Virus record (IMG/VR): IMGVR_UViG_3300023313_000005
Coordinates: 11,554-75,553 of that record
Length of the DNA stretch: 64,000 bases
Origin: a virus
Strand: one strand, 5' to 3'
The notes below the pieces were generated by a model that was not told where the DNA came from, did no database searches, and saw only the letters and a program-made list of their open reading frames with translations. The first letter of the stretch is position 1, and each line of letters begins with the position of its first letter. The position numbers and the translations under genes are program-made. Of the stretch, positions 37,564-46,314 are shown piece by piece.

Positions 37564-37955
37564 TTTTTTGTTTTTTTTGGATTAATAGAAACTCATCCCT
37601 TTGATATTATCGCAGGGATGAGGGAATAGGGTATAATCTTCACATTTTTTAGAAAGGATGATTACACAATGGCCACTTCCTGCAATAAGTTGTTACAGGA
37701 AGATTTGGACAGCTCTTTGGCTGTTAGTCTTAAATACTAACCACAAGGACTTCTCCTTATGACTCCCCTCCCGAAGGGTTTAGTTTTTTGGTACGGCGGG
37801 ATCTACCTCTATATTTGTAGTTATAGTTGTAGCACGTACCTTTAATAAAATTTACATATACCTCTGTTAGTGAATCACATACAGGTCGAGGTAATAGCTG
37901 CATATGATATAATTGTAAGCCCATCCCTTAGATTACTCTTTGGGATGGGATAAGA

Positions 37956-38120
37956 TTAGTCATTATACAAGGTATTCATTATGATGATACCAATACCTGT
38001 TGGGATGAATATCATCCCACAGGCTACCCTAAATAAATTTACTCCTGGGTATTTTAGGAGTAAAAATGTTCCTAGGGATGTTATAAACATCCCTATTAGT
38101 GTGATTATTAGTTTCTTCAT
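37956..38120 (-). CDS. Small two-TM protein (54 aa, MKKLIITLIG)
   Basis: Manual translation. Confidence 0.55.
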   Translation of the reverse strand: MKKLIITLIGMFITSLGTFLLLKYPGVNLFRVACGMIFIPTGIGIIIMNTLYND

Positions 38121-38213
38121 GGTTTGTTTATTGGTTTGAGCGTAGTAAATACCTAAACTTACATGATATGTAGACCAAATAGCACTCTATTGAGTGTATT
38201 TTGCACCAATAAG

Positions 38214-38288
38214 TTGACCCGATACTGTTAACTTGGTAAAAAATAATGTTTTTAATAATGCTATACTTATTTGACCCGATACTGTTAA
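38214..38288. repeat. 18-bp direct repeat TTGACCCGATACTGTTAA, two copies
   Basis: Copies at 38214-38231 and 38271-38288. Confidence 0.85.
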
Positions 38289-38334
38289 GTATATTTAAAA
38301 AAACCCCCTACATATGTAGGGGGCTTGGGGTGGG

Positions 38335-38760
38335 TTAAAAATCAAAATCTTCTTCCTCAACTTCTTCATCCTCTTTAACTTCAACGCCTTCAGGGGCTTT
38401 TACGCCCCATTTAAGGCGCTCTTTGCCCTCTTTGTTTTCGTGAACTTCGAATGTAAGTTCAACATCCTTTGAAAGGTTTAACAAAGTGTTTTTGTCAGTG
38501 CACTGCACCGACTCCACGGATTGCGCAACCCCTTTTTGATTGGTGATAACACCAACCAAATTGCAAGGTTTGCTACCGTACCACCCCTTACTCTCATGTC
38601 CTGATGGGGTAACGGGTTCACCAAATGTGAATCCCTGAACTTTGATAGTGTAAAACCCATGCTCTAATCCGCATGAGAAACTATCAAAACAAAAGATATT
38701 ATCTATCTTTTGTTTCAATGCTGTTAATGGAGCATTGGTTAATTTATGTATTTTGTTCAT
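38335..38760 (-). CDS. Possible single-stranded DNA-binding protein
   Basis: Beta-rich body with a strongly acidic tail ending EEDFDF. Confidence 0.45.
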   Translation of the reverse strand: MNKIHKLTNAPLTALKQKIDNIFCFDSFSCGLEHGFYTIKVQGFTFGEPVTPSGHESKGWYGSKPCNLVGVITNQKGVAQSVESVQCTDKNTLLNLSKDVELTFEVHENKEGKERLKWGVKAPEGVEVKEDEEVEEEDFDF

Positions 38761-39198
38761 AATTCATGCGCGTTGGTAGGACGCACCCCCTTTTAAGTTT
38801 GTAAAATGTGAAAATCTGACGTTTCAGGACTTGCAAAACGCTGCGTGATGCAGAATTTTTGAGGCCGTTTTACGCCAGTAAAGCCTTAGGGGGTTTTTTT
38901 TGGGGTACAACACCCCCTCAAAATTTTAGAAAAAATATAAAAAAACACTTTTAAAATTTTAGAAAAAAATAAAATTTAGTAATTTTTAGAAAAAATAAAA
39001 AATAAAAAAAGCCCCACAAATATGCAGGGCTTTTAGATAGTTCCTCCTTTTTTAGAAAGGTTTATGCTCGAACAAATCGGAAGTGATTGAGCAACCTGCA
39101 CTTCCGCAATTAAACTGTGTTTTCATAATTTAAATTTTAAGTTAATACGGTGAGGGGCATTTCACCACACCCCTCGTGATAAGCAGTAGCGAATATTC

Positions 39199-39570
39199 TC
39201 AGCGAGAACGGCGGCCTATCAAAATGTTTTTTAAGTTAGTGTATAATAGCTCAAATAGTCCACTAAATATTAGTTTAATACCTATAAAGCATAGTAAAGG
39301 ATTATTAGTTGTGAGACTAAATAGAAGCTGCCATGAGGTATGAAAGACGAATTGGGATAGGTGCCACCCATCTGTAAATGATACAAACCATCTTGATGAT
39401 CCCCAAAACTTCTCTTTTTTTACATATTTGTTGTTGATGATAACTGTCTTCCATTTTTTAGTCCAAGATTCAGATTTATTCCAATAGGATATATTGAAAA
39501 GATTTTCTGAAGATAGATCCATTATTACATTACTTACTACTAGAAGACTTATTAGAAATATATATATCAT
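39199..39570 (-). CDS. Membrane protein
   Basis: SWxxKW...FTDGWHL motif and hydrophobic segments. Confidence 0.65.
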   Translation of the reverse strand: MIYIFLISLLVVSNVIMDLSSENLFNISYWNKSESWTKKWKTVIINNKYVKKEKFWGSSRWFVSFTDGWHLSQFVFHTSWQLLFSLTTNNPLLCFIGIKLIFSGLFELLYTNLKNILIGRRSR

Positions 39571-39757
39571 ATGATGTTAATAGGTTGTAGAATACTGTTA
39601 TTTTTATTACAATCATTAATATTGTAAAGAGGTATATTTTATCAGAGATACTTATTATTATACCATAGGTTATAAAAAATAAGAAAAACAGTGTGAACAG
39701 TAGTCTTTCTTTAATTAGAAACTTCCAAAAGTTTAGTATAAATAAGTATTTTATCAT
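39530..39757 (-). CDS. Small membrane protein
   Basis: Hydrophobic 75-aa ORF. Confidence 0.5.
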   Translation of the reverse strand: MIKYLFILNFWKFLIKERLLFTLFFLFFITYGIIISISDKIYLFTILMIVIKITVFYNLLTSYDIYISNKSSSSK

Positions 39758-39880
39758 TTTTTAAAAAAGATAGATATTGAATATAGTTCCTGCAGTAACT
39801 ATCGTGAAGTGTTACCCTATAGTACTCGCGTACTAGGGTTTCATCGAATGTTCCTGCGTCACATCCGCATCACTTCTATG

Positions 39881-39912
39881 CAAAGATACTACTTTTTTTT
39901 GAGACTACCAAA
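39881..39912 (-). promoter_or_regulatory. Bacteroidota-type primary sigma promoter (leftward)
   Basis: TTTG-N20-TATCTTTG on the minus strand. Confidence 0.7.
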
Positions 39913-39969
39913 TTTTTTAAGTACTTTTTTATAACTTTTTTTGTATATCCTATTAATTTTTATTGAATA

Positions 39970-40001
39970 TTTGGTATTTAGAAATATTTTATTTATATTT
40001 G
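39970..40001 (+). promoter_or_regulatory. Bacteroidota-type primary sigma promoter (rightward)
   Basis: TTTG-N20-TATATTTG. Confidence 0.7.
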
Positions 40002-40019
40002 TATAAAAATAAACAAGTT

Positions 40020-40304
40020 ATGGGAACAAAACATTCAGGTCAATATAAAAGGAAGGTTATTGTGGATAAAGTAATACCTTCTTTTGAGAGTAAAGCTACT
40101 GAAATTGTACATGAGAATGGTGTGATGTATGTAGTGGAGTTAACGCTTCCTCAAGATAGGAAGTTATTTTTAGATTATTATAATACTCAAGAACATAATC
40201 AAACAGGTAATGGTTATATATATCAAAGATCTCCATTTATGTATGCTGATCCAACAGAAAATAATAGAATATATAGACTTACTAATTTTGATAGAAAAAA
40301 ATAA
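40020..40304 (+). CDS. Hypothetical protein; start MGTKHSG
   Basis: ATG just downstream of the promoter. Confidence 0.6.
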   Translation: MGTKHSGQYKRKVIVDKVIPSFESKATEIVHENGVMYVVELTLPQDRKLFLDYYNTQEHNQTGNGYIYQRSPFMYADPTENNRIYRLTNFDRKK

Positions 40305-40316
40305 ATAGTAAATATG

Positions 40317-40347
40317 TTGTGTATATAAAATATATTTTGTATATTTG
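40317..40347 (+). promoter_or_regulatory. Bacteroidota-type promoter
   Basis: TTG-N20-TATATTTG. Confidence 0.55.
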
Positions 40348-40378
40348 CACAAATAATGTATAACTATAATAAAAATAC

Positions 40379-41203
40379 ATGGAAAATGTACTAATTAAAA
40401 ATGTGAATTTAATTCCAGAAGTAGAACAGTTTAATGCTTCTGTATTATTGCAAGTAGGTATGCTCTATAAAAGAGGTAATATTTGGTCTAAGCCAATTTT
40501 AAACAATTATCCTGGTAATGTATTGTTTAATGGAGTAACTGATGTTAAAAGTGATAATAATAATTTTATTCTCACATATGAAGGCGGTAGTAAAAAATAT
40601 TTAGAAGCAACATCAGAGGGTATTGATTATAGATTATGGAACAATGCTTCACCGGATAAAGCTACAAATGTCAAATTATTAGTGAAAGGTAATCCTAAAA
40701 GAGATCTGTATAATGTTAACCTGACTGTTAATATCGAATACCTAAATGATAATACTACTCTAATACGTAATTTATCTACGTTTAATAACGAATTATGGGA
40801 AAATGTTCAATTTAATCAAGAGTTGAGAACATTAGGTTTCCAATGGTACTTGCATGGTGTATCAGGTGGTGATTTTGCCCAAGGTGATTTTATAGCTAAT
40901 GATAATAAATTGGATTTTAATACAGGTAATGGTGATAGTAGATATTGTGTTATTACAATAGATCCTAACTTCCCAATTGCTAATAAAGCAGGAATAGAGG
41001 ATGTTAATGGAAATATTGTAGCTGCACATTATTATTTAAATTATGAAAAGGAAGTGCTAGATATAGGTGATGAATATCTAACCTTAATTGCTTACACACG
41101 TACAAAAAAGATGCATAGAGGGTTGGTAGATAATAATCATCCAGATAGTGATTTAAATATTTCTTTACAACAGTTATTTCCTAATAAAAAATTAACAAGA
41201 TGA
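40379..41203 (+). CDS. Hypothetical protein
   Basis: 274-aa ORF. Confidence 0.75.
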   Translation: MENVLIKNVNLIPEVEQFNASVLLQVGMLYKRGNIWSKPILNNYPGNVLFNGVTDVKSDNNNFILTYEGGSKKYLEATSEGIDYRLWNNASPDKATNVKLLVKGNPKRDLYNVNLTVNIEYLNDNTTLIRNLSTFNNELWENVQFNQELRTLGFQWYLHGVSGGDFAQGDFIANDNKLDFNTGNGDSRYCVITIDPNFPIANKAGIEDVNGNIVAAHYYLNYEKEVLDIGDEYLTLIAYTRTKKMHRGLVDNNHPDSDLNISLQQLFPNKKLTR

Positions 41204-42081
41204 ATATTACAAAACAAGAATGGTCTGATATTATCAATACCGAATGGGGTCTTAACCTAAGTGATTATGAAATAACCACTAGTAATGGGGTAATGCTCAC
41301 TAGAACCAATGCATTAAAACCATGGCACGCTATTAAAGCTAATGCTATGGCTAAACAATCAATACCTGGTTTAATAGGTGATATTTCAACTATAACCTTT
41401 ATTGACACAAGTACTGCAGAGTTGGTAGTTGATTATATAAAATATGGTAAGCACCAGTATAGGGTATTTCATATCATTAAAATAGGTGTTGAATTAAATG
41501 TTATTCTTAAACAGAATAATGGGTATGCAGACTTCATAGTAAGTAAAATGGAAGATTTAAAAAGTGACCCTAATTTTTATGCTAATCTGAATAGTTGGTT
41601 GGGCACTAATTCGTACGAAATAATGAATGATTATGATGTAGCATTACTTATGACGTATAGGACGTTTAATGTTAGAAAAATAGCAGTAGATGCAGTTTTG
41701 GACAATGCTACTTTAGTGTTTAACGTGACTAACCAAAATGATGTGATTAATGTAGATATGGTTCTATATAATGGAGATACTCAAATAGAAACAAACGGTA
41801 ATTTAATATATTTCACACCAAGAGGTAATCACTTTAGTCATAGGTATAAAGGAGGATCTGAGCTAGGGTCATCTCTTAGTATTTCCACAGATTTTAGAAA
41901 TAGGGAACCTGGCGTACAACATTTATATGCTGAATCTATAGATGATTTGAAAAATCTATATTTATTTGGGAAAGCACAGGCAATGGGTGATTCAGGGGAA
42001 GTTAAATATTTTACTACAGCTATGGTAATAGATATAGATAATATAGCAAGCTTTTATAAATATGCCGAATTAAACAAATAA
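41200..42081 (+). CDS. Hypothetical protein
   Basis: 293-aa ORF with an ATGA overlap. Confidence 0.75.
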   Translation: MNITKQEWSDIINTEWGLNLSDYEITTSNGVMLTRTNALKPWHAIKANAMAKQSIPGLIGDISTITFIDTSTAELVVDYIKYGKHQYRVFHIIKIGVELNVILKQNNGYADFIVSKMEDLKSDPNFYANLNSWLGTNSYEIMNDYDVALLMTYRTFNVRKIAVDAVLDNATLVFNVTNQNDVINVDMVLYNGDTQIETNGNLIYFTPRGNHFSHRYKGGSELGSSLSISTDFRNREPGVQHLYAESIDDLKNLYLFGKAQAMGDSGEVKYFTTAMVIDIDNIASFYKYAELNK

Positions 42082-42168
42082 TGGAAAAAGGCAAAAAAAC
42101 TATCGACAGTATATGGACAATTTGGTTTGTTTATATACTGTTGATAGTAATTATGTTAATAATAGGTC

Positions 42169-42429
42169 ATGGACAATAACTTAAAATATATTATAAATGA
42201 AATAGAGTCCCTTACCCCTGATGATAATATAAGTGTAAAAGTTTCTTGGACGATGGGAAATGAGTATCACGGTGTTACAGAAGTATCTAAACTATTTAAT
42301 AATATTGCAGAAATGGAAGATGCAGGTATTTATAGTAGTAATAGAGAAGTAACTGCATTTTCAGAAAAAGGGTTATCTAAATTAATAGGGATGGGATTTA
42401 GTGAGAGTGAAATAATAAAAAAATATTAA
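42169..42429 (+). CDS. Hypothetical protein
   Basis: 86-aa ORF. Confidence 0.65.
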   Translation: MDNNLKYIINEIESLTPDDNISVKVSWTMGNEYHGVTEVSKLFNNIAEMEDAGIYSSNREVTAFSEKGLSKLIGMGFSESEIIKKY

Positions 42430-42432
42430 GCA

Positions 42433-42825
42433 ATGGAGATACCAATGGGAGTGTCATCCAAAGAAGAAGTATTAGAACATTATAATAGAATTATAAATAC
42501 ATTCTTAGATGATAAAATGAAATTAACAAAAGGAGAAGTAAGAGCATTGGCTCTTATAATGCTTATGGATAATAAGGATAGAACTCCTATAGACAGAGAA
42601 GCAATGCTTCTTGATTTTAAAACAGTGAAAGAGAGGATAATGTTCGATATGGATGTAAGTAAAGCAAGATTAGGTAACATATTAACATCACTTCGTAAGA
42701 AAGGAGCAATAAAAACCACACAAAACGGAGATGAACTGAATCCTATCTTTAGCTCTATCATTAATGAAGAACCTCCTTTCAATTTGAATATAGTATGGCA
42801 TATAAACAAGAAAGAAGAAATTTAA
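42433..42825 (+). CDS. Winged-HTH DNA-binding protein
   Basis: LTKGE...SKARLGNILTSLRKKGAI...LNP. Confidence 0.55.
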   Translation: MEIPMGVSSKEEVLEHYNRIINTFLDDKMKLTKGEVRALALIMLMDNKDRTPIDREAMLLDFKTVKERIMFDMDVSKARLGNILTSLRKKGAIKTTQNGDELNPIFSSIINEEPPFNLNIVWHINKKEEI

Positions 42826-43082
42826 CACGTCCTGTTAAAAAAGCATGTCATAAAGCAAGTATAGATTTAAACATCCCTAAACCAATTGTAGAAGAAGTAA
42901 TATATAGATATTACAGGATGATTGCTGATGAAATCAAAAAGGGCGATGTTATGGATGACAATACATTTCATATATTTAATATAATAGGATTAGGTAAATT
43001 ATACCCGAGTAAAAGAAAAATAAACTATCGTAGAAATAAAAAACAAAAAGAAAATGGAGGCAAAACTAGCAATAAAAATTGA
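42795..43082 (+). CDS. HU/IHF-like DNA-binding protein
   Basis: Helical N-terminus followed by NIIGLGKL; basic; crAss-like phages carry IHF homologues in this block. Confidence 0.55.
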   Translation: MAYKQERRNLTRPVKKACHKASIDLNIPKPIVEEVIYRYYRMIADEIKKGDVMDDNTFHIFNIIGLGKLYPSKRKINYRRNKKQKENGGKTSNKN

Positions 43083-43257
43083 TGATGAGAGAGTGTTTAC
43101 AGAGTTTAGGTTTAAACCCGCAGAAGTTAAAGGATTTTATGTAACAAATGACGATGAGGAAGGAATAAAATATTGTACGATACAATTAGGAGATACTGAT
43201 TATAGTTTGTTATATACAGAAAACTTATATGAAGATTTATTAGCAGTAATAGAATGA
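43054..43257 (+). CDS. Hypothetical protein
   Basis: 67-aa coupled ORF. Confidence 0.6.
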   Translation: MEAKLAIKIDDERVFTEFRFKPAEVKGFYVTNDDEEGIKYCTIQLGDTDYSLLYTENLYEDLLAVIE

Positions 43258-43604
43258 TAGATTTTGTAGAATTACCTAAAGGAGATATTAAGTTAAGATT
43301 ATACAATTCTTTCAAACCTTTCAGATTAAAAGCTGAAGATACAGGTTCGTTAGAAGAAACAAAAGAAGAATATAGGATTCGTCAAAAAACCATTAAACGA
43401 TTTTATAAACAAAGAAAAAATGTAAAACATGTATCTACAATGTTGATTCCTTCATTGGATAATAACGGTGATATGATATATAATGACAAAGGAAATCCTG
43501 TATTTTTAGGAAAAACAAAAGGTAAAACATATATTAAAAACGACAGTTCTACACATTTTAAAAGAGCAGATCATTTAAAACAAATTAAAAATGGAAAAGA
43601 GTAA
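43254..43604 (+). CDS. Hypothetical protein
   Basis: 116-aa coupled ORF. Confidence 0.65.
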   Translation: MIDFVELPKGDIKLRLYNSFKPFRLKAEDTGSLEETKEEYRIRQKTIKRFYKQRKNVKHVSTMLIPSLDNNGDMIYNDKGNPVFLGKTKGKTYIKNDSSTHFKRADHLKQIKNGKE

Positions 43605-43998
43605 AGTAAGTTTGAACATTGATTCGATACCGGAAGATCAACCTATAATGAAAAATAATTTTACAGTAGAAGAAGCTATTAATTATCTAAAAGATAATAA
43701 TTATTCACCTATTAGTGACGGGGTACTATTCTATGTGAAGTATGTTGATGAGATAGACGAAAAACCAGAACAGCTCATTGGTACAAAATCACAAGAAGAT
43801 GCTATAATGGAAGAATATGAAAAAGCATGGGTTGATGTAGTAGCTGTTGGTCCCGAAGTAACTACAACAAAAATAGGAGATAAGATATTAATTAACCCTA
43901 AGTTTTGGGTAACAGCAATAATGGAAGTATATATTAATGGTTTGAAATTTGGGTTGCTAAAAGAAGGTCTTATAGCAATGACTCATAGTAAAAAATAA
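43591..43998 (+). CDS. groES: GroES-like co-chaperonin
   Basis: PISDGVL, VVAVGPEV...KIGDKIL and INGLKFGLLKE; directly upstream of groEL. Confidence 0.7.
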   Translation: MEKSKVSLNIDSIPEDQPIMKNNFTVEEAINYLKDNNYSPISDGVLFYVKYVDEIDEKPEQLIGTKSQEDAIMEEYEKAWVDVVAVGPEVTTTKIGDKILINPKFWVTAIMEVYINGLKFGLLKEGLIAMTHSKK

Positions 43999-44005
43999 AG
44001 GTCAA

Positions 44006-45628
44006 ATGGTAAGGAGAGTAGTATTTAACGCTGATGCTAGGCAAAAATTATTGTCTGGCATCAGCATTCTAGCAAATGCAGTAAAAGTTACATTGGGACC
44101 TAAAGGTCGAAATGTGATAATTGATAAAAACTTTATAACACCTCATATTACTAAAGATGGTGTAACTGTAGCACAAGATATTATATTAGAAGAAAGAGTT
44201 CCTAATATCGGGTGTTCTATGATTAAAACAATCGCGAGAAAAACAGCAGAAGAAGCAGGCGATGGGACAACAACAGCAACTGTTTTAGCACATTCTATTT
44301 TTTCTTTAGGGATGAAAGCATTGGATGAATATAATCCTATAGATATAAAAAGAGGAATGGATAAAGCTGTAAAATCAGTAACTGATTATATTAAAAAAGT
44401 ATCAACAAAAGTTACTAATTTAAAAGAAGTAGCCGTTATAGCTACTAATGGCGATATTGAAATGGGCAATCTAATTGCAGAAATAATGGGAAAAATAGGT
44501 AAAGAGGGTACAGTTACTGTAGAAAATTCCAATTCCCATAAAACATACTATGAAATAGTGGAGGGGCATAAATATGATTCCGGATACATTTCTCCGTATT
44601 TTGTAACTAATAATGATAAACAATCCGTTGAATTTGATAATTCTATGGTATTGGTAACTGACGAAAAGATAAATAGTTATGATGTAATAGAAGGATTTGT
44701 TCAGTTATGCCATTCTAAAGGAGCACCATTACTTATTATATGTGAAGAAATGAGTGGGCAAGCTTTATATCTATTGTTGGCTAATAAAGCAAATAAAGGA
44801 CTTCAAGTATGTGTTACATCAGCACCGGGTTACGGAGGCCAACGTAAAGCATTACTTGAAGATATAGCAGGTAGTACAGGAGCTACTTTATTGGGTAATA
44901 GTTATGGAAGACCGTTCCATATGTATAACGGAGACAAACTAAAAGCTAGTGTTTTGGGAGGTGCTAAAAGAATAGTAGTTAACAGAGAAGGAACTATTAT
45001 CATAGGAGGTAATGCATCTAAGGATAAAATACAAAATATGATTAGTACTATAGAACAGCACCGTGATCTAGAGCCAGACAAGGCAGTAAAAGAATTATTT
45101 ACCTCACGAATAGCAAGACTAAAAGGGGGAGTAGCAGTACTAAAAGTTGGCGGTTATAGTGAAGTAGAAGTGAATGAGAAAAAAGATAGAATTGACGACG
45201 CAATTAGGGCAGTCCAGTCTTCTATGGAGGAGGGTATAGTAGCAGGAGGAGGTACTACGTACATAAATGCTATTGGCAGTATTAATATAAAGGACGCAAT
45301 TAATGTTTCTGAAGAAAAGGGCATGGAGATTATAAAGGAAGCATTAGAAACTCCATTTAATAGGATAGCGATAAACGCAGGACATGATCCAAAAGAAATT
45401 AAAAAACAAATAACTACTACAATAGGGTATGATTTTAGAGATGATGAAATTTGTGATTTATTGAAAAAAGGAATAGTAGATCCTGCTAAAGTATTGAGAG
45501 TAGCTTTGGAAAATGCAGTAAGTGTTTCAGGACTATTGTTAACTACAGAGTGCATTGTTTACAATAAACTTACTGATATTGATGTAGCCATGTTAGCAAA
45601 AGGACCTCAAATGAACAAACATAAATAG
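44006..45628 (+). CDS. groEL: Chaperonin GroEL
   Basis: VKVTLGPKGRNV, TKDGVTVA, GDGTTTATV, EKKDRIDDA, GGG and IVDP. Confidence 0.97.
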   Translation: MVRRVVFNADARQKLLSGISILANAVKVTLGPKGRNVIIDKNFITPHITKDGVTVAQDIILEERVPNIGCSMIKTIARKTAEEAGDGTTTATVLAHSIFSLGMKALDEYNPIDIKRGMDKAVKSVTDYIKKVSTKVTNLKEVAVIATNGDIEMGNLIAEIMGKIGKEGTVTVENSNSHKTYYEIVEGHKYDSGYISPYFVTNNDKQSVEFDNSMVLVTDEKINSYDVIEGFVQLCHSKGAPLLIICEEMSGQALYLLLANKANKGLQVCVTSAPGYGGQRKALLEDIAGSTGATLLGNSYGRPFHMYNGDKLKASVLGGAKRIVVNREGTIIIGGNASKDKIQNMISTIEQHRDLEPDKAVKELFTSRIARLKGGVAVLKVGGYSEVEVNEKKDRIDDAIRAVQSSMEEGIVAGGGTTYINAIGSINIKDAINVSEEKGMEIIKEALETPFNRIAINAGHDPKEIKKQITTTIGYDFRDDEICDLLKKGIVDPAKVLRVALENAVSVSGLLLTTECIVYNKLTDIDVAMLAKGPQMNKHK

Positions 45629-45629
45629 T

Positions 45630-45776
45630 ATGAAATCTAATATTGATAATTATATTAATAATTTTTATATTTGCCCCAATTGTGGTGAAGAAATTATATC
45701 AAATAGTTTTAACATAAAAAGACATAATAAGTTAGAATGTAAAAAATTAAATAAAAAGAATGAGCGTAATAAATAA
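45630..45776 (+). CDS. Small C2HC zinc-finger-like protein (48 aa)
   Basis: Manual translation: CPNC-x13-H-x4-C. Confidence 0.45.
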   Translation: MKSNIDNYINNFYICPNCGEEIISNSFNIKRHNKLECKKLNKKNERNK

Positions 45777-46314
45777 GTTTGATACCAACTCTAACTTTTG
45801 GAAGATGAATCCCCAGTTTAAAATACTGGAGCCGTTTAAATCTTTATATATCAAAGATAAAACTGCGGGGAAGAAATACACTTCTAAAGTAATGTGGGCG
45901 GTAGCTTTTTTATTAGACCCTTCTAAGGATAACATTTACAGAAATGTCCCTACAGATGAACGTAAAGAACTCATCTGTAGGGATTTTTTAGGTTATTCTG
46001 TATCTAAATTCGATAAGTACCAAAATATAATGGATTTTTATAAAAAACAAGTTTTATCTCAAGCTGCTAAAAGTTTATTAGTATGGGAGGACATTATGAC
46101 AGATAGAGAAAAGACATTAAAAGGTATGTATAAAGAAGCATTAAAAAATAAAGATATTGATTTAATAGTCGAATTGGATAAATTATTAGCTACTACTCCT
46201 AAATATTATATGGATTATGATAAAATAAAAAAGACATTTTTAGAAGAAGAAGAATCCAATAATAGGGGTAAAGGGAATAGAGTCAAATCATTAACAGATA
46301 CAGGTGAGATCTAA
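45760..46314 (+). CDS. Probable terminase small subunit / packaging-associated protein
   Basis: Helical 184-aa protein overlapping the terL start. Confidence 0.5.
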   Translation: MSVINKFDTNSNFWKMNPQFKILEPFKSLYIKDKTAGKKYTSKVMWAVAFLLDPSKDNIYRNVPTDERKELICRDFLGYSVSKFDKYQNIMDFYKKQVLSQAAKSLLVWEDIMTDREKTLKGMYKEALKNKDIDLIVELDKLLATTPKYYMDYDKIKKTFLEEEESNNRGKGNRVKSLTDTGEI

